This document shows, in pieces, positions 26,892 through 34,863 of a DNA stretch of 34,863 nt. The number at the start of each line of letters is the position of its first letter. Position 1 is the stretch's first letter. The notes beneath the pieces were generated by a model, which saw only the letters and a program-made list of their open reading frames with translations, did no database searches and was not told the origin of the DNA. The position numbers and the translations under genes are program-made. The stretch comes from an uncultured Chloroflexota bacterium (GTDB taxonomy: Bacteria; Chloroflexota; UBA11872; UBA12225), in contig CAILQO010000609.1 in the NCBI GenBank assembly GCA_903836285.1, positions 1 to 34,863 of the forward strand, written 5' to 3'.

Positions 26892-28367
26892 GTGACGCGC
26901 CGGGTGTTTGCGCGCCGGCTGGTCACCGGCACCGTGGCGGCGACCGTGCCGACCGTCGCCGGAGCAGCGACATGTGGCCATCCCACGACCAAGCCGCCCA
27001 CCTCCTTGACCTGGTACTCGTGGGGCCCCGAGTACCCACTGCCCTTCACCGCCGGGCCGGGCCTGAACACCCGGGTGAACTGGATGCAGGTGGCGAACCA
27101 GTTCGCGGCGGTCGCATCTGGAGCATCCGGGAACACGATCCCGACGCCCGGGACTGGATCCGCCACGCCGGTCCCGACCGACAAGCTCCTCGAACAGCAG
27201 ATTGAGGGCTTCGTCGCCGAGCGCAATGGCCTGACCGTCAAGGTTTCGACCGAGCGCTTTGACCGCTATCACGAAAAGCTCTCGACCTTTGCGGCGGCGG
27301 GGATGCTGCCAGATGTCATCGCCTACGATGGCGCGAACGCCCTGCCATTGCTCAAGGCCGGCGCCCTGTACCCGCTTCAGCGCCTCCAAGGGTCGACCGG
27401 CCTCGCCTTCCTCGCCGGCTACCAACCCGGGTACATCGAGTCAAGCATGTATCGGGGGCGTCTCTACGGGCTGCCGTACCAAGCCCGCAACCTCGTCCTA
27501 TACGTGAACAAGTCGATGTTCTCGGGCATGTCGCTGCCTCCCTCCACGTGGGGAACACCCGATTGGACGTGGGCGCGATTCCTCGAGGTCGCCGGGCAAT
27601 TGACGCGTCGGGTGGCGGGCGGTGGCTACCGCCAGATGGGAACCCTGCTCACCGGTCGGCCGTTTTGGGCGTCGCTGATCCGCCAGAACGGCGCCGCCGA
27701 GTTCAGCAAGGACCTGTCGCGGTCGAGGTACGCCGAACCGGTCGTGCACGAGGCGTTGCAGTGGGCGTCCGACCTCGTCTGGCGATACGGCGTGGCGCCA
27801 AGCGAGCAGCAGAACCCGAACGGCCAGGCGTTCACCTTCGATGGCGGTACCGTCGCGATGTGGGTCTGGTACCAGCACGCCATCCCGCTGCTTTCGACGC
27901 GCAACCTTGGCTTTGACTGGGACGTCTACCCGCTGCCGTCGTCACGACAGGCGGCAACGTATGCCGACTGGTCATTCGTCTCAATGAACACCAATACCAC
28001 CGAGGTTGACGCCGCTTGGGACCTTATGCGCTACCTCGCGGGGCCAGACGGGGATCAACGTGCCCTACGCACCGGCATCGCGGCGCCGGTCGTGCGCGGG
28101 TCCGAGGTGCGATTCATGACCGGCGCCGCAGCGACGCGCAACCGCGCTGCGGCGATCCAGGCTTCGCAACAGCCGCTTGCGGTTCGCCCGCTCCACGAGT
28201 CGTGGGTGCAGTTGACCGGTCTCATCGACTACTACCTGCGCCCGGTCTGGACCGGCCAGGAACGCGCCGCCTACGCCGCGCGGGATCTTTCGAAAGCGCT
28301 TGACGCCGTCCTGAACGGGATTGGTCTGGGGGGACCAGCCGTCGGCAATGCCCCGGACGGCGCCTAA
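26892..28367 (+). CDS. Extracellular solute-binding protein (sugar ABC family 1), probable Tat lipoprotein
   Basis: TRRVF twin-Arg motif, AATCG lipobox-like Cys, [46 protein letters not shown]; GTG after GGAG. Confidence 0.85.
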   Translation: MTRRVFARRLVTGTVAATVPTVAGAATCGHPTTKPPTSLTWYSWGPEYPLPFTAGPGLNTRVNWMQVANQFAAVASGASGNTIPTPGTGSATPVPTDKLLEQQIEGFVAERNGLTVKVSTERFDRYHEKLSTFAAAGMLPDVIAYDGANALPLLKAGALYPLQRLQGSTGLAFLAGYQPGYIESSMYRGRLYGLPYQARNLVLYVNKSMFSGMSLPPSTWGTPDWTWARFLEVAGQLTRRVAGGGYRQMGTLLTGRPFWASLIRQNGAAEFSKDLSRSRYAEPVVHEALQWASDLVWRYGVAPSEQQNPNGQAFTFDGGTVAMWVWYQHAIPLLSTRNLGFDWDVYPLPSSRQAATYADWSFVSMNTNTTEVDAAWDLMRYLAGPDGDQRALRTGIAAPVVRGSEVRFMTGAAATRNRAAAIQASQQPLAVRPLHESWVQLTGLIDYYLRPVWTGQERAAYAARDLSKALDAVLNGIGLGGPAVGNAPDGA

Positions 28368-29620
28368 GACGACCTCCGCCCGGCCACGACTGCGTCTCGG
28401 TCGACGGAATCGGCGATGGGCGTGATGGAGCAGACACGGGACTCGATCAGGTCGCAGTACGCGGCGTCGCGCTCCACCATAATCCACCGTCGCCCGAGGC
28501 GCTGCGCCACTGCACCGGTCGTGCCGGAACCGGCGAACGGGTCAAGCACGACATCGCCCGGGCGGCTTGTGGACAGCACCACCCGTTCGAGGAGCGCCTC
28601 CGGCTTCTGCGTGCTGTGCAGCTTGCGTCCGGACCCGTCGCGAAGACGCTCACGGCCGCCGCAGATCGGCAGGTGCCAGTCCGACCGCATCTGCTTGCCG
28701 CCGTTCAGCGCCTTCATCTCTTGGTAGTTGAAGGTCACGTTTCGAGCGGACTCATCACGCTTCGCCCAAATGAGGGTCTCGTGCGCATTCGTGAAGCGCA
28801 CGCCACGGAAATGGGGCATCGGGTTGGACTTGACCCACACGACATCGTTCAGGAGCCAGAACCCTGCATCCTGCAGGATTGTGCCGATGCGAAAAATGCA
28901 GTGGTAGCTACCGATCACCCAGAAGCTGCCACTCGGCTTGAGCACCCGTCGGCACGCCTCGACCCATGCGCGCGTGAAGGTGTCGTACTCCGCGAAGCTC
29001 CCGAAGGCATCCCACGCATCGGTGACCCCGGCCACGGCGCTGTCGTTCGGGCGGCGCAGGTCAGTCGCGCGCAGTTGGAGGTTGTACGGCGGGTCCGCGA
29101 AGATGACGTCCACGGAGCTTGGGGCAAGGCGCGCGAGCGAGGTGATCGCGTCGCCATGCACCAGGACGTTCGACCGGCTGCTGTCAATCGGGTTCGCGGC
29201 GCCGTCGACGCGAATGTGCGTGCGCACCTGGACCGGCGTCGGCCCGGCAAGCCCGCCGACCACAACCCTCACCGGGGGGCGGTTGGTCGCTCGCCGGCCC
29301 GGTGGTCGAGCACCCGCCTCGCCGGGAAGGGGCAAGGACGCCGGCACCGGTGCGAGGCGTACTGCGGTTCGACCGGCACCTGGGACCGTGGCGATGCTCG
29401 GTGCACTTCGCCCGGTGCTTGGGAACGCGGGCTTCCCGCTAGCGCCGGTTGCACGCGGGTTTCCGCGCCCACCACCCGCAGGGGATGTATCAGTATTCGC
29501 GCCCAATGCAGTCCTTCCCGTCCCTCGCAACCCGTCGCGGACTGCGGGTATGGACGGAACGGGCGGAAGGCGCAGCGGACTCGCCCCGCGCCGGGGCCGC
29601 ACTCGCCGCAAGCAGGTCAC
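28364..29620 (-). CDS. Site-specific DNA adenine methyltransferase (beta class, CcrM/M.HinfI-like)
   Basis: [70 protein letters not shown]; true start uncertain because of a low-complexity N-terminus. Confidence 0.9.
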   Translation of the reverse strand: MTCLRRVRPRRGASPLRLPPVPSIPAVRDGLRGTGRTALGANTDTSPAGGGRGNPRATGASGKPAFPSTGRSAPSIATVPGAGRTAVRLAPVPASLPLPGEAGARPPGRRATNRPPVRVVVGGLAGPTPVQVRTHIRVDGAANPIDSSRSNVLVHGDAITSLARLAPSSVDVIFADPPYNLQLRATDLRRPNDSAVAGVTDAWDAFGSFAEYDTFTRAWVEACRRVLKPSGSFWVIGSYHCIFRIGTILQDAGFWLLNDVVWVKSNPMPHFRGVRFTNAHETLIWAKRDESARNVTFNYQEMKALNGGKQMRSDWHLPICGGRERLRDGSGRKLHSTQKPEALLERVVLSTSRPGDVVLDPFAGSGTTGAVAQRLGRRWIMVERDAAYCDLIESRVCSITPIADSVDRDAVVAGRRSS

Positions 29621-29653
29621 AGTACGCGGCGTCGGAGCGCCTCGGGGTGTTGC

Positions 29654-31378
29654 CTACCGAGCGCGACGAACCGCCCAGGACACCACCAGCGTTGCCACCG
29701 TCAGAACCATCACGATGCCGCCCACAGCGACCGGTTCGAGCCAGTCCGGCCGTGTCTCATCGGGGCCGGGTTCCGGACGCAAGACCGCATCGCGGACCGC
29801 CGGTTGGGTCGCCCGGCTGACGTGATTGGGCGTGTACGTCGCGAAACCGCTGGTCACAGCCACTCTGCCGAACTCACCGGGCAGGTACACGCTGAACCAA
29901 CGCCGCCCAGCTTCGCGTGGGACGAATGTCGCCTCGTAGACGCCCGGGGTGCCGAGCGAGCGCATCGCCCCCTCGACGACGTCGCCCGCACGAGGACTCT
30001 CGAACGGCACGGCGACGGCGCGACCGACCGCTTGAAGCAACGTTGCATCGGTGATCGCAAGGCGGACCGTCACCGGCTGACCGACTAGCGGTGCTGCCGG
30101 TACGACCTCCACCTTGCCAACGACGGGTGGCGCGCCGGTCGCGGGCGCTTCCCACGCCTCCCGTGGTGCACCGGCACGTGCCACCGCCGGCGCGATCGCG
30201 GACGTGGCTAACCCAATCGCCGAAGCCGCAAGCAGGAGTTCGGACCATCGGGCTCGGCCGACGTTGGGATTACGCGCGTCGCTGACTGCAACGTCCCCGA
30301 TCCGTCGACCGATACCCCAGCCAATCCACCCGGCCAACGCCGACGCGACGATCGACGGCGCAAGGGACCGTGCAAGGACCGCGGAAGACCACACGGCCCC
30401 AGCGAGCGCTGTGGTGTACGGCCACTGGACGGCGAGGAGCAGCATGGCCGATGCGGCGCCGCCCCCGGCAGCGACCATTGCCCCGGGCGTGCGCCCCGGC
30501 CATCGCGCACGCGCAACGGCAACGACCGCCTCGAATGCCACGGCACCCACCAGGACCAGCGGCACGTCTGGGCGAGGCATCGAAAGCGCACGCTGGACCC
30601 AGTCGATGGCGACGCGCACCAGCGTGTAAGCCGCCGCCGCCAGGACCGCACCCCCTGTCCGGCGCGATGCCCGTGCCACCAGTGCGATCCCGAATGCGGC
30701 GACCGTTGCAAGGATCGGCGGGTGCCAGGCAACCGCGAACCGGGCCACGTCAAAATCGAATTCGGCAACCGTGGCGCCAGCCACACCCATCATCAACCCG
30801 CCACCAATAATCACGATCATCGTCGGAACGGTCCACGGTGCGTCGAACGACAGCCACGGCGCCGGTAACGTGCGGTGCCGGTGGGCACGGGCGCCGGTGA
30901 CGACGGCCCCGAACGCGGCAAGGACAACCCCACCGATGAGGAGGAGGTGTGGCGCGCTCCAGACGGTGACGTCAAGACCGTAGATGCGATGCCAGAAGTC
31001 GTCGAGTGGGGCGGACGCCAACGAGACACCGGCACCGGTTGCACCGATAACCGACCCGGCAGATGGGGCGACGCGTCGGCGCCACGCGGTCGCAAGACCA
31101 TGGACGCCGGCGGCAAAGATGACCAGGATCCCGGCGTACAGGACGAGATGCGGTGGGCTCCAGAACGACTCCCGGCCCGCGACCACGTGCCACGAGATGT
31201 CCCATGTTCCACCAACGAGGAAGAGCGCAACGCCGGTGAGGGTCGTAATCGCCGCGGACAGCTCTAGAGGCCCCGTTGGCCGAGCCACTGGCGGCGCCGT
31301 CCGTCGCGAGTCGGCAGGCCCGCGTCCCCTTTCGGCGGATGGTGCTCGGCGGGTCGTGCGTCGTGGCGCTGCGGTCAT
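29654..31378 (-). CDS. Polytopic membrane protein with paired D-x-x-W-H...P-x-H / P-H metal motifs and a C-terminal beta-sandwich (candidate CuMMO PmoC/A/B-like fusion)
   Basis: 574 aa from ATG 31378; WDISWH..RE..SPPH and LDDFWH..D..SAPH motifs, about 10 further hydrophobic helices, a soluble beta-rich domain and a C-terminal anchor. The CDS is well supported; the function is inferred. Confidence 0.75.
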   Translation of the reverse strand: MTAAPRRTTRRAPSAERGRGPADSRRTAPPVARPTGPLELSAAITTLTGVALFLVGGTWDISWHVVAGRESFWSPPHLVLYAGILVIFAAGVHGLATAWRRRVAPSAGSVIGATGAGVSLASAPLDDFWHRIYGLDVTVWSAPHLLLIGGVVLAAFGAVVTGARAHRHRTLPAPWLSFDAPWTVPTMIVIIGGGLMMGVAGATVAEFDFDVARFAVAWHPPILATVAAFGIALVARASRRTGGAVLAAAAYTLVRVAIDWVQRALSMPRPDVPLVLVGAVAFEAVVAVARARWPGRTPGAMVAAGGGAASAMLLLAVQWPYTTALAGAVWSSAVLARSLAPSIVASALAGWIGWGIGRRIGDVAVSDARNPNVGRARWSELLLAASAIGLATSAIAPAVARAGAPREAWEAPATGAPPVVGKVEVVPAAPLVGQPVTVRLAITDATLLQAVGRAVAVPFESPRAGDVVEGAMRSLGTPGVYEATFVPREAGRRWFSVYLPGEFGRVAVTSGFATYTPNHVSRATQPAVRDAVLRPEPGPDETRPDWLEPVAVGGIVMVLTVATLVVSWAVRRAR

Positions 31379-31387
31379 GGTGTGCCA

Positions 31388-31522
31388 ATCGTATGGGGAC
31401 CACGTCCCGCACTCCCGTCGCAACGGTGGAGGGGGAGGAGGAGGAAGCGCTCTCGGCGGAAGCCGGGGCGTTGGCAGTGAAGCGTCACCAACGTCGATGC
31501 CAATCCGGGACACGGGTATGAT
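31388..31522. promoter_or_regulatory. Divergent promoter region with two candidate -10 boxes
   Basis: Minus-strand TACGAT (31388-31393) and plus-strand TATGAT (31517-31522), each 9 nt from its start codon. Confidence 0.4.
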
Positions 31523-31531
31523 CGAGGGTGG

Positions 31532-32278
31532 ATGAACCTGTTCAGCCTCTTCATCATCGCCGGGATGATCCTCTGGCTGGTCAAGCCGCTGCGGGTGATC
31601 GTCGCCCAGCGCACCAACCGCACGGTGAAGGCGCTCTTGGTGGCCTTCCCGGTCGCCTATGCACTGACGCTCGGGTACCGGTTCTTCTGGGGCGACCGGG
31701 ACGACTCCGTGGTGGTCGGGTTCACCGTGCTTGCCCTCCTGGTCGCTTGGGGAGTCCTGATCGGCGTCGGGACGGTCCTTGAGCGGCGCGCCGCCTCGCC
31801 GCGAATGGTTGCGCCCCTTGGACCCGGCACGCACGTTCCCGGCATGCCGACACGCATGGGCGAGCTGGGCGCGGCGCGCGCGGCGGAGGCGTCGCGGGCG
31901 GCCCAATCACGCGCGTCAGCCGAACACGCTGCGGCCGGAGTCACCGCCGCCATCGACGCCGCCTTGCCGACCGCGATTCGCGCCATCTCTGTCGCATCGC
32001 CGGTCGCCGGCAAGCTCGTCGAGATTGCGGCCCCACACGCCATGCGTGCCGCCCAGACGGTCGCGCCGGCCGCCATCCAACGGGTGCAGGAGGGCGCACC
32101 CGCAGCGCTACAGCGGATGCAGGACGCCGTCCAATCCACCACTCAAGGGGTAGCTGAACACGCATCACGAGTCGACACCACGTCGGCCGCGATGACCGTC
32201 GGGCGCGTCACCGGCAGGTGGTTCGCCAAGGCTAGGAAGTCGTTCAGCGAAGGAGCCGCGCCAAGCCCACCTCGGTAG
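31532..32278 (+). CDS. Hypothetical membrane protein (3 TM) with 11-residue amphipathic repeats
   Basis: Three N-terminal hydrophobic helices; Ala/Gln-rich tail with Pro every 11 residues. Confidence 0.7.
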   Translation: MNLFSLFIIAGMILWLVKPLRVIVAQRTNRTVKALLVAFPVAYALTLGYRFFWGDRDDSVVVGFTVLALLVAWGVLIGVGTVLERRAASPRMVAPLGPGTHVPGMPTRMGELGAARAAEASRAAQSRASAEHAAAGVTAAIDAALPTAIRAISVASPVAGKLVEIAAPHAMRAAQTVAPAAIQRVQEGAPAALQRMQDAVQSTTQGVAEHASRVDTTSAAMTVGRVTGRWFAKARKSFSEGAAPSPPR

Positions 32279-32483
32279 CCCCAGCCACCTCATTCCTGGT
32301 CCATCGCGCCGGGGCCGGTGAAGCGGGCGAGTACGAACGGCGAAGAAGGCGCTGCGCGACGGATGACGAAGCCCGGTCTCATTCGGGACTGCCTAGCCAC
32401 CCCTTGCCGTCTCGTCGCAATCCCACGACCTCAGGGGTCGATAGCGCATATCCCGTCCCACGCACTTGAAGGACCCGCCCTTC

Positions 32484-32736
32484 ATGACCGCCCGGATCGT
32501 CGCCACCGCCGTTAATCACCTCAACCGATTCACGGCGCGCCTGACGGTGACCCGCTTCGAGGAGCGGCGCGGACGCTTGCGCCGGGCGTTCCGCGACGTG
32601 GTCGACGCGGCGATCGAGATGAAAGCGGTGGCGCTCGTACTCGGGGGGTGACACCTTCGACACCATCGATCCGCGCAACCTTGAGCGCGCGCCGTTCGCA
32701 CGGTTGCTGCGACGCCTTCGGGACGCCGGGGTGACC
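32484..32736 (+). pseudogene. sbcD: N-terminal fragment of the SbcD/Mre11 nuclease, frameshifted
   Basis: MTARIVATAVNHL (motif I, D>V)...AFRDVVDAAIE..LVLGG; removing one G from the G6 run at 32643-32648 gives GDTFD..P...F..LLRRLRDAGV (motif II). Confidence 0.72.
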
Positions 32737-34266
32737 AACGCAACGCGGGAAGGGCAAGAGGCAGGGAACTCGCTGAGAGCGGGGCAAGCCGCGAATACGG
32801 GCATAACGGAAGAGCGCTTGGGAGTGGGGTTTGGGGTGGAGGTCGCTGCGTCACTTCCGGCACGCGAAGCGGTCGCCACGTTCGCCGAAACGGTGCGCCG
32901 CGGAGCCAACGAGGCACGTGGCGACGTCGCGAGGTTGCGTGGCCGCGCGAACGAAGTTCAGTCGGCCTCTGCCGAGGCCGCACGCATGCGGCGCGCCATC
33001 GTCGGGATTGAGCGCCTGATTCACGCGGCGCACGACGCGACGACGGACGTCGAGAACGTTGCACGAGCCTCCGACGTGCAGGGCTTCGCGGAAGCAGCCC
33101 TTCAGGCCTCGAGCGCAGCCGCCCGGTATTCCCGTTCGCTTGCCCTCGAACGCCTGGCCGACCTCCCGACCGAACTCGATGCCGCCACGGCAAAGAATCA
33201 CCCCGGTGCTGGGGACAGCCCGCCTGCCGTAGAAACGGGGGGTTGGGGAGGGGGTCTCACGTCGCTACTGGGGTGGGCGGGTCGACCTCGGTCCCTGGCG
33301 ATTGGACGTCCCCCCCAACGTATTGCCGAGGGCTTCGCGCAGGCGGCGCGGGTTGCAGACGCCGTCGAGGCGCGGCGCGTGGTCGACGAACAGGACCATG
33401 CTGAACGCGATGCCGACCGGGCACGCGCCGCCGCGCAGGCGGACGCGGGGACGGCATGGCGGGCGGCCGCTGAGGCCGCGGCTGTGCTTGGGATGCGGAT
33501 GGGCAACCTGCCCGATGACCCCACTGGGGTAATCGATGAGATCCGGAGGTCGGTCACCGCGGCTCACGGTTTTGAACCCGACCGGGCGACCGCCACGCAG
33601 GCGTGGGTTTTCCTCCTCGCGGATGTCGGCGCAGCCACTGAGGCGATCGCCGCGGCACGACGGATGATCGGCGCGTCGGAGGCTCCGCTCCCATTGGCCG
33701 AAGCCCGGGCGCGGCGTGACGCCGCTCGCCTTGAGCTCCGCGCCCGTGAACGCGCGGCGACGATCTTGACCACGACCCGGGCGCGGATGATGGCCGCAAT
33801 CCTGCCGAACACCCAACGTGAGATGGGCCGGCTGTTGCCCGACCTGACCGCCGGTCGCTACCGGTTCCCGCGTCTCGACGACCGGTTCCATCTCGAGGTC
33901 TACGACGAACGCAAGAAGGGATGGGTCCGGCGGTCACTATTCTCCGGCGGCACCCAGGACCAGTTTTCACTGGCCCTGCGCCTTGGGTTCGCCATCGCCG
34001 CCTTGCCCCGGGAGCTCGGCACGGCGCCGGGCTTCCTGTTCCTCGACGAACCCCTGTCGAGCTTCGATCGCGAGCGGGCGCGCGCCCTCGTCGACTTGCT
34101 GCGAGACCCGGTGGGGATTGTCGGCTCCCACTTCCGCCAAGTCTTCCTAGTGTCGCACTCGCAGGCGTTTGACCCCAGGCTGTTCACCTACCAGATCCAG
34201 ATGGACGGTGGCCGCGTGGCCTGGACCACCTTGCCAAGCCAACGACTCGCCGACCCTCCTGCCTAG
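32704..34266 (+). pseudogene. sbcC: C-terminal part of an SbcC/Rad50-like SMC ATPase (no Walker A)
   Basis: Coiled coil, LTAGRY, signature FSGGTQDQ, LALRL, Walker B FLFLDEP, H-loop LVSH; no GxNGxGKS N-terminal half. Confidence 0.72.
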
Positions 34267-34357
34267 GCGCACGTGGTGCAGAGCGCGGGGAGGTCCTCAT
34301 CCGAGTACTCGGCCCCTCCCCCACTTGTTCCTCGCGGGTGAGGGGGAGTGGCGCTTG

Positions 34358-34363
34358 TAGAAT
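34358..34363 (+). promoter_or_regulatory. Candidate -10 element (TAGAAT) of a leaderless transcript
   Basis: 6 nt before ATG 34370; no Shine-Dalgarno in between. Confidence 0.45.
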
Positions 34364-34369
34364 TCCTCG

Positions 34370-34863
34370 ATGGCGCCGCGAGAGGCCAGGGCGGGTCCGG
34401 CCGGTGTCTCCGGGCGCACCGAAGCCCCGCACGACGTCCACGCCCCAGACGGCCCTGAGGCGGGCGTGGTCGCGTTGTCGACCGGGTCGGCGTACACCTA
34501 CGGCCTCGGGCGCACGTTCCGGCTCGCCGCGGACGCGGGCTACGAGGGCGTGGAGGTCATCATCGACGAGCGGTGGGACACCCGCCAACACGCCTACCTC
34601 AACCGCCTTGTCCGGGAGACCGGCGTGGCAATCCTGAGCATGCACGGTCCGTTCCCGTCCCAAAAGGTCGCAGGATGGCCGTCTGACGAGGTGGCGCGCG
34701 TGACCGAGGCCGTCCGCCTGTGTGAAGCGGTCGGGGCGCGCACTCTTAACCTGCACCTGCCTGAGCGCTTCAGGGTCGCCTCGGTGTCGGCGATGGGGCG
34801 AAGGTTCCTCGTTCCCTTTGGGGGCGCGACGCCGTCGATGCACCGGTTCTCGAACTGGCTGAC
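34370..34863 (+). CDS. Sugar phosphate isomerase/epimerase (xylose isomerase-like TIM barrel), truncated by the window end
   Basis: My own translation (not in the ORF track): VALSTGS..YGLGRTFRLAADAGYEGVEV...ILSMHGPF...VGARTLNLHLP. Confidence 0.8.
   Translation, partial: MAPREARAGPAGVSGRTEAPHDVHAPDGPEAGVVALSTGSAYTYGLGRTFRLAADAGYEGVEVIIDERWDTRQHAYLNRLVRETGVAILSMHGPFPSQKVAGWPSDEVARVTEAVRLCEAVGARTLNLHLPERFRVASVSAMGRRFLVPFGGATPSMHRFSNWL

Noticed and set aside
14940-28367. Identical CTAA stop-codon overlaps at two convergent gene pairs (14940-14943, 28364-28367)
   Set aside because: This is a common geometry for convergent genes in compact genomes; no function is implied
28616-30088. 490-aa plus-strand ORF as a possible restriction endonuclease partner
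   Set aside because: It is antisense to the methyltransferase and the membrane protein, shows no nuclease motif, and is typical of high-GC antisense open frames
31379-31906. 176-aa N-terminal extension of the CuMMO-like ORF, including a poly-Pro run
   Set aside because: It is antisense to the 31532 gene and crosses the divergent promoter; the poly-Pro comes from a GGA-rich intergenic tract
34312-34348. CTCCCCC...GGGGGAG hairpin as a REP or MITE element
   Set aside because: Single copy in the window with no target duplication; it may simply be a terminator-like stem
1-34863. CRISPR arrays, tRNA/rRNA genes, transposases, integrases, prophage genes
   Set aside because: I saw no regularly spaced direct repeats, cloverleaf or rRNA signatures, or recombinase motifs; the only long repeats are the paralogous channel domains

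Overview
A GC-rich bacterial chromosomal segment with about 28 densely packed protein-coding genes. I found no rRNA, tRNA, CRISPR array or mobile element. Gene content suggests a Chloroflexota-like organism (inference only). In order: a six-gene catabolic run (alpha/beta hydrolase, Fe-ADH, amidohydrolase, two Gfo/Idh/MocA oxidoreductases, FAH family), a CBS-less IMPDH/GMP reductase, an FkbM methyltransferase, moaA, an atypical ilvD/edd, a GT9 glycosyltransferase, a tail-anchored coiled-coil protein, parAB, DUF1992, a GNAT, two paralogous tandem-domain (2x6TM) voltage-gated K+ channels flanking a cyclophilin, a USP-ParB-like fusion, a Ser/Thr dehydratase, HlyIII/PAQR, an orphan sugar-binding lipoprotein, an orphan CcrM-like DNA methyltransferase, a 574-aa membrane protein, an 11-mer-repeat membrane protein, a broken sbcD-sbcC remnant and a partial sugar-phosphate isomerase. 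Two things stand out. (1) The 574-aa membrane protein (29654-31378, minus strand) appears to carry PmoC-like CuC and CuD ligand motifs, then a PmoA-like region, then a signal-peptide-like segment and a beta-sandwich. It is a candidate single-chain copper membrane monooxygenase-like (pmoCAB-order) protein. (2) The two bacterial two-repeat Kv channels have a domain-I-only extracellular cap and could form a pseudo-four-domain channel; one of them is interrupted by an in-frame TGA. All family assignments come from motif recognition by eye; no database searches were run.
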